Under the pieces are notes generated by a model. That model was not told where the DNA came from. It was given only the letters and a program-made list of their open reading frames with translations, and did not search any database. From Lama glama (taxonomy: Eukaryota), in contig CM052817.1 of the NCBI GenBank assembly GCA_028534125.1, forward strand, positions 58,406,001 through 58,470,000: a DNA stretch of 64,000 nt, given 5' to 3'. The position numbers and the translations under genes are program-made. Position 1 is the first letter of the stretch; every line of letters starts with the position of its first letter. Of this stretch, positions 60,533 to 64,000 are shown piece by piece.

Positions 60533-61997
60533 AGTAATTAAGAAAATTCCTGACACAGACTATTAATAAATGGAATCTATTTGTATTTATTTTTAACAAA
60601 ATATTTATTAAATTCTAATTCCACATATATTATCTAGATTTCCATAAACTGTCTAATTCACAGGAACCCTGGAGGTAGACGAGGCAGGTAACACACAAGC
60701 TTTACAAATATTTCATCTTATTTAAGACATTGGTACTAGTGATATGGTAATGCAAGCCATAATGTTATCTATAAGCTTTGAGCACTTATGAAAATTATCA
60801 ATATTATGTTATCTATGGCTGTTCATTTGCTAAATGGAAAGCTAATTGTCTAAAGTTTTTTAAATTAAAATAAATAACATTTTTACTACTTAAAATGATT
60901 TATAGTTTTAAAATATAAAAACTAAAGAAAAAATGATAATCCTTATCTTCAATGTTAGGACACAGAGAAGACTGAATTTTACATATGCAAAGTTACAAGT
61001 TTACCATTGTTCAAATTATCTTGTTTTAATAATAAAACTGAGATAGTCAAATAATGTTTTCAAGAGCTATGTTAGCTCTTGTTTAATGCAGGCCTAGCAG
61101 GTCTTCTAATATTCTTGCAATGAACACAGTCCTTTAGAGCAATTTGGAGGAAACAACTCTACTAAGTGTTTTCTGATCTAACATTTTTTTTCCTATGGGA
61201 GCAATTATTCTGCAAAATGACAAAGTGGCAAGGGCAAAAACCTAGTTACCAACAGCATAAAATTACTTCTGTATTTCAGAGTTGAGATTCGTGATCTCAT
61301 TAATAGCTTGAAATTGCATGACAAGCTTTTCCATTTAGACAATTAACATATTAATCTACTTCATGTGGTATCCATCTGCTCATATATAATTTTCCAAAAA
61401 GACTGTCCATACCTCCTTGCACTCATGTCCCATAGCTATTTTCAAAAGCAATATATAATTACTAGATGATATAAAATACCAATATCCAGCACCTGGGGGT
61501 AATTATTGGCTTTCAGAAATGAAAAATTATAGGAAAATCTTTTTGTAAATCTCTGAAAACTCAAATATTGAGAGAATATTAGAGTAAATCATTTTCCAAC
61601 TCAGTTCATCCCATAATTGAACTTTCTGTGTAATCTGGCTAATCAACACATTTTTGGGGCCTGGAGGGTAATTTCATTCACAGGGAAGGAGGATTTTCAA
61701 AAAAAGATAGTAAAGTCTTATATATATCTGTAAATTGAATCATTATACAAGAGGTCTTTTCTCACTTCTTCCCTTTGCCAGTCTAGAGCAAAAGTGCATA
61801 TTAATAGTAAGGGAAAATAAAACTGAAGAAAAAGGTCACAGCAGTTTTTTAAAAAACAATCATTTTTATATAGCAAATAAAATCAGGTTGATTTGTGCCT
61901 CACTTAAGAGTACCCATTTATTGGAATGCAGGGAAGGCTGAGTTAAGCTATTTTTCAAAATATATAAAAGTACAAATTATTTTAAAATATAATGTAT

Positions 61998-62023
61998 ACA
62001 CACACACACACACACACACACAC
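61998..62023. repeat. (CA)n microsatellite
   Basis: Read directly from the sequence. Confidence 0.95.
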
Positions 62024-62089
62024 GATTGTGCCACTGAATATTGTAAATGATATCACCCGTGTAGTAAATAGATTCTTTCTGAAGCTGAA

Positions 62090-62185
62090 CTACCTCAGGG
62101 AAGTTCCAGGTTCTCCTGCTTGCTGTGTGACCTCAGGAAAATTATTTAATCCTCTTGTACCTTGGTTTCCTCCTGTGTAAAATGT
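62090..62185 (+). mobile_element. MIR core fragment
   Basis: 'gctgtgtgacctcaggaaaattatttaatcctcttgtaccttggtttcctcctgtgtaaaatg'. Confidence 0.75.
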
Positions 62186-62189
62186 GAAC

Positions 62190-62545
62190 TGTTGTCAACC
62201 AGAGAAGCTCACCAAAACCTGGGTGTCCACAGTTTTTATTGCAGAAAAAACAGATACTTAAGCATGCAGGACCTGTGTGACCAACCTCAGCTATTTAGCT
62301 CCCAGCCCTGCCCGCCTAGAGCAATAAGGAGTATTCACTGTAAATCACATCATTAGCTTAAAAATCTGATCAGACTGCAGCCCAAAGCCTCAGGCATACA
62401 AAAACACTCTTATCAGGCAGAATATTCTTAAGACTCAGAACTTATCTCCCAGGAGCTGGCCAGAGGCCAGTCCTGAAGACATGCCTTTTTTGGGAATATA
62501 CAAGGTTTGAACAACACAGACCTGCTGAGTTAACACTTTACTTCA
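62190..62545 (-). mobile_element. MER77-like ERVL LTR (partial)
   Basis: 'ccagagaagctcacc...gtgtccacagtttttattg', 'aaaacactcttatcaggcagaatatt', and the end 'cagacctgctgagttaacacttt'. Confidence 0.7.
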
Positions 62546-62997
62546 AGAGGCCCCTGAATAAATACCTGCAACCCTTCATGTTGCAAATTATATCAAAAAT
62601 AGTCAACAGCAAAGGCACAGATATTTGCTACAAACTATTTAAATTTCTATTACTACATGTAACACATTTTAGCTCCTATTAGTGAATACTGTCCCAGTAT
62701 ATTCTTTCACTTGAAAATGTGTTTGATTTTTAAAAAGAAACTAAGATTTAAAACAACGTATCTTGCTCAACAGTTATGAGCACATGTAAAAGAGGAATTG
62801 TAATTTTTACTCAAGGGAAAAAAAAAAACTTAGAAGGTCAATTCAACACTTCATTTAGTTAAGAGCATTAATATGAAAATAGAATGATGAGGGAGGTAAT
62901 TGCTATGAGACAGTAAGGAGAGAGGACCTGGTTCAGATCTGTTTGGCTAGGTTCTATTTGATGAAAGTTTCATACCATGTTAAGAAGGAAAAAGATG

Positions 62998-62999
<2 letters not shown>

Positions 63000-63030
<31 letters not shown>
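63000..63030. repeat. (TG)15 microsatellite
   Basis: Read directly from the sequence. Confidence 0.95.
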
Positions 63031-63033
<3 letters not shown>

Positions 63034-63129
63034 TACATATATTGTGTGGTTATATATAATTAGTACCTAACATGTCAAGAATTATTTTGTGGGAAATTCC
63101 TTTAGTGGAAGTAATTTAGGTTTTGATAA

Positions 63130-63250
63130 CAGAAAATATGGGTCCCCTGTGAGCCTCCTGCTTTCTGTGTGACCTTGATCAAAATATTTACCTCCTCTTT
63201 GACCAAAGCATTTTATGCTTCACTTTCCTTATCTGTAAATTGAATTGCAT
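63130..63250 (+). mobile_element. MIR core fragment
   Basis: 'ctgtgtgaccttgatcaaaatatttacctcctct...cttcactttccttatctgtaaat'. Confidence 0.65.
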
Positions 63251-64000
63251 TTAGGTGAGGAAGTTCTGTTTGGGTAGAGGAAGGCATGTCCTAGCTTGGC
63301 TCTAAGCTGTGTTTAATACTGGAATTTAGAAGTGCCTTGGCACATCTGCCTGGCCTGACAAGTGGGCAGCTTGGGCCTGCCAGAAGTACATTTGCATGGG
63401 AGTGAATAGATCTTCTGCAGGAAAACCCCTTGTAAACCTAGACAGAGTTAGATTAAAAAAGCTTCCTATTAATGCAAAACCTTGGTGTTCAGGAGGAATT
63501 TCATGGTAGAAGAGGCAGAGATTGACGTGTATGGTGGTCCTTTGGCAGTATCTGACAGGGTGGATATTATCAGATGCAGAATGGCTGACCAGTTTCATAA
63601 GCTGAGTAGTTTTTCTTTTTTTGTCTGTATATGGGGATTCCAGAGATTCCTTGAAAACACTGCAGAAGGAGGAAGTTACTGAACCTGGAATGTTGGTGAC
63701 ACAAGAGTTGGTAAAATATGTGTTATATGGAAATAAAACTACTACTCCACATGATTGGTATAAAAATCAATTAGATAATTGTAAAAACACTTTATGAAAC
63801 ATCAAATGCTAAGTAATGTCAAGTGACCATTATTTATCATTAGGTTAATACCAACGTACAAGTGAACCCAGCTTCTAGAGAAGAATTTTTCTGTTAGCTA
63901 AGTCCAGTGAACTTGTTCACTGACAGGATTTTCTCTCTTTCTGTTCTCTTAGCTATGGACAATCTGATCAAATAACTGTAATTCAAATTTGGCAGCAGTC

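Noticed and set aside
1..64000. CRISPR array, prokaryotic operon or defence system, rRNA, NUMT, or a known conserved miRNA
   Set aside because: The DNA is mammalian and repeat-rich. I saw no regularly spaced repeat-spacer array, no gene-dense ORFs and no sequence recognisable as rRNA, mitochondrial DNA or a conserved mature miRNA. This was assessed by eye only.

Overview
This window is AT-rich, CpG-depleted mammalian genomic DNA, most likely from a camelid (camel/alpaca/llama), judged from three tRNA-derived vic-1-type SINEs. I can recognise no host protein-coding gene. The only recognisable coding sequence is a disrupted LINE-1 ORF2; the other ORF-track entries are chance ORFs, repeat-derived ORFs or N-gap artefacts. 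Much of the window is interspersed repeat: L1, L2, MIR, MaLR/ERVL/ERV1 solo LTRs, Tigger and hAT-Charlie MITEs, and microsatellites. The most notable observations are: (1) a young, probably full-length L1 with a perfect 14-bp target-site duplication (TSD) whose interior is hidden in a 500-N gap; (2) an old ~280-320 bp local duplication near the window start; (3) a 76-nt near-perfect hairpin; (4) an L1 whose RT catalytic motif has been deleted and which carries a nested SINE; (5) all recognisable LTRs lie on the minus strand, suggesting the window is inside an intron of a plus-strand gene; (6) a frame-compatible pair of candidate small exons. I found no evidence for a novel multi-gene system. 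Repeat family names come from my recall of consensus sequences, not a database search, and the boundaries of old repeats are approximate.
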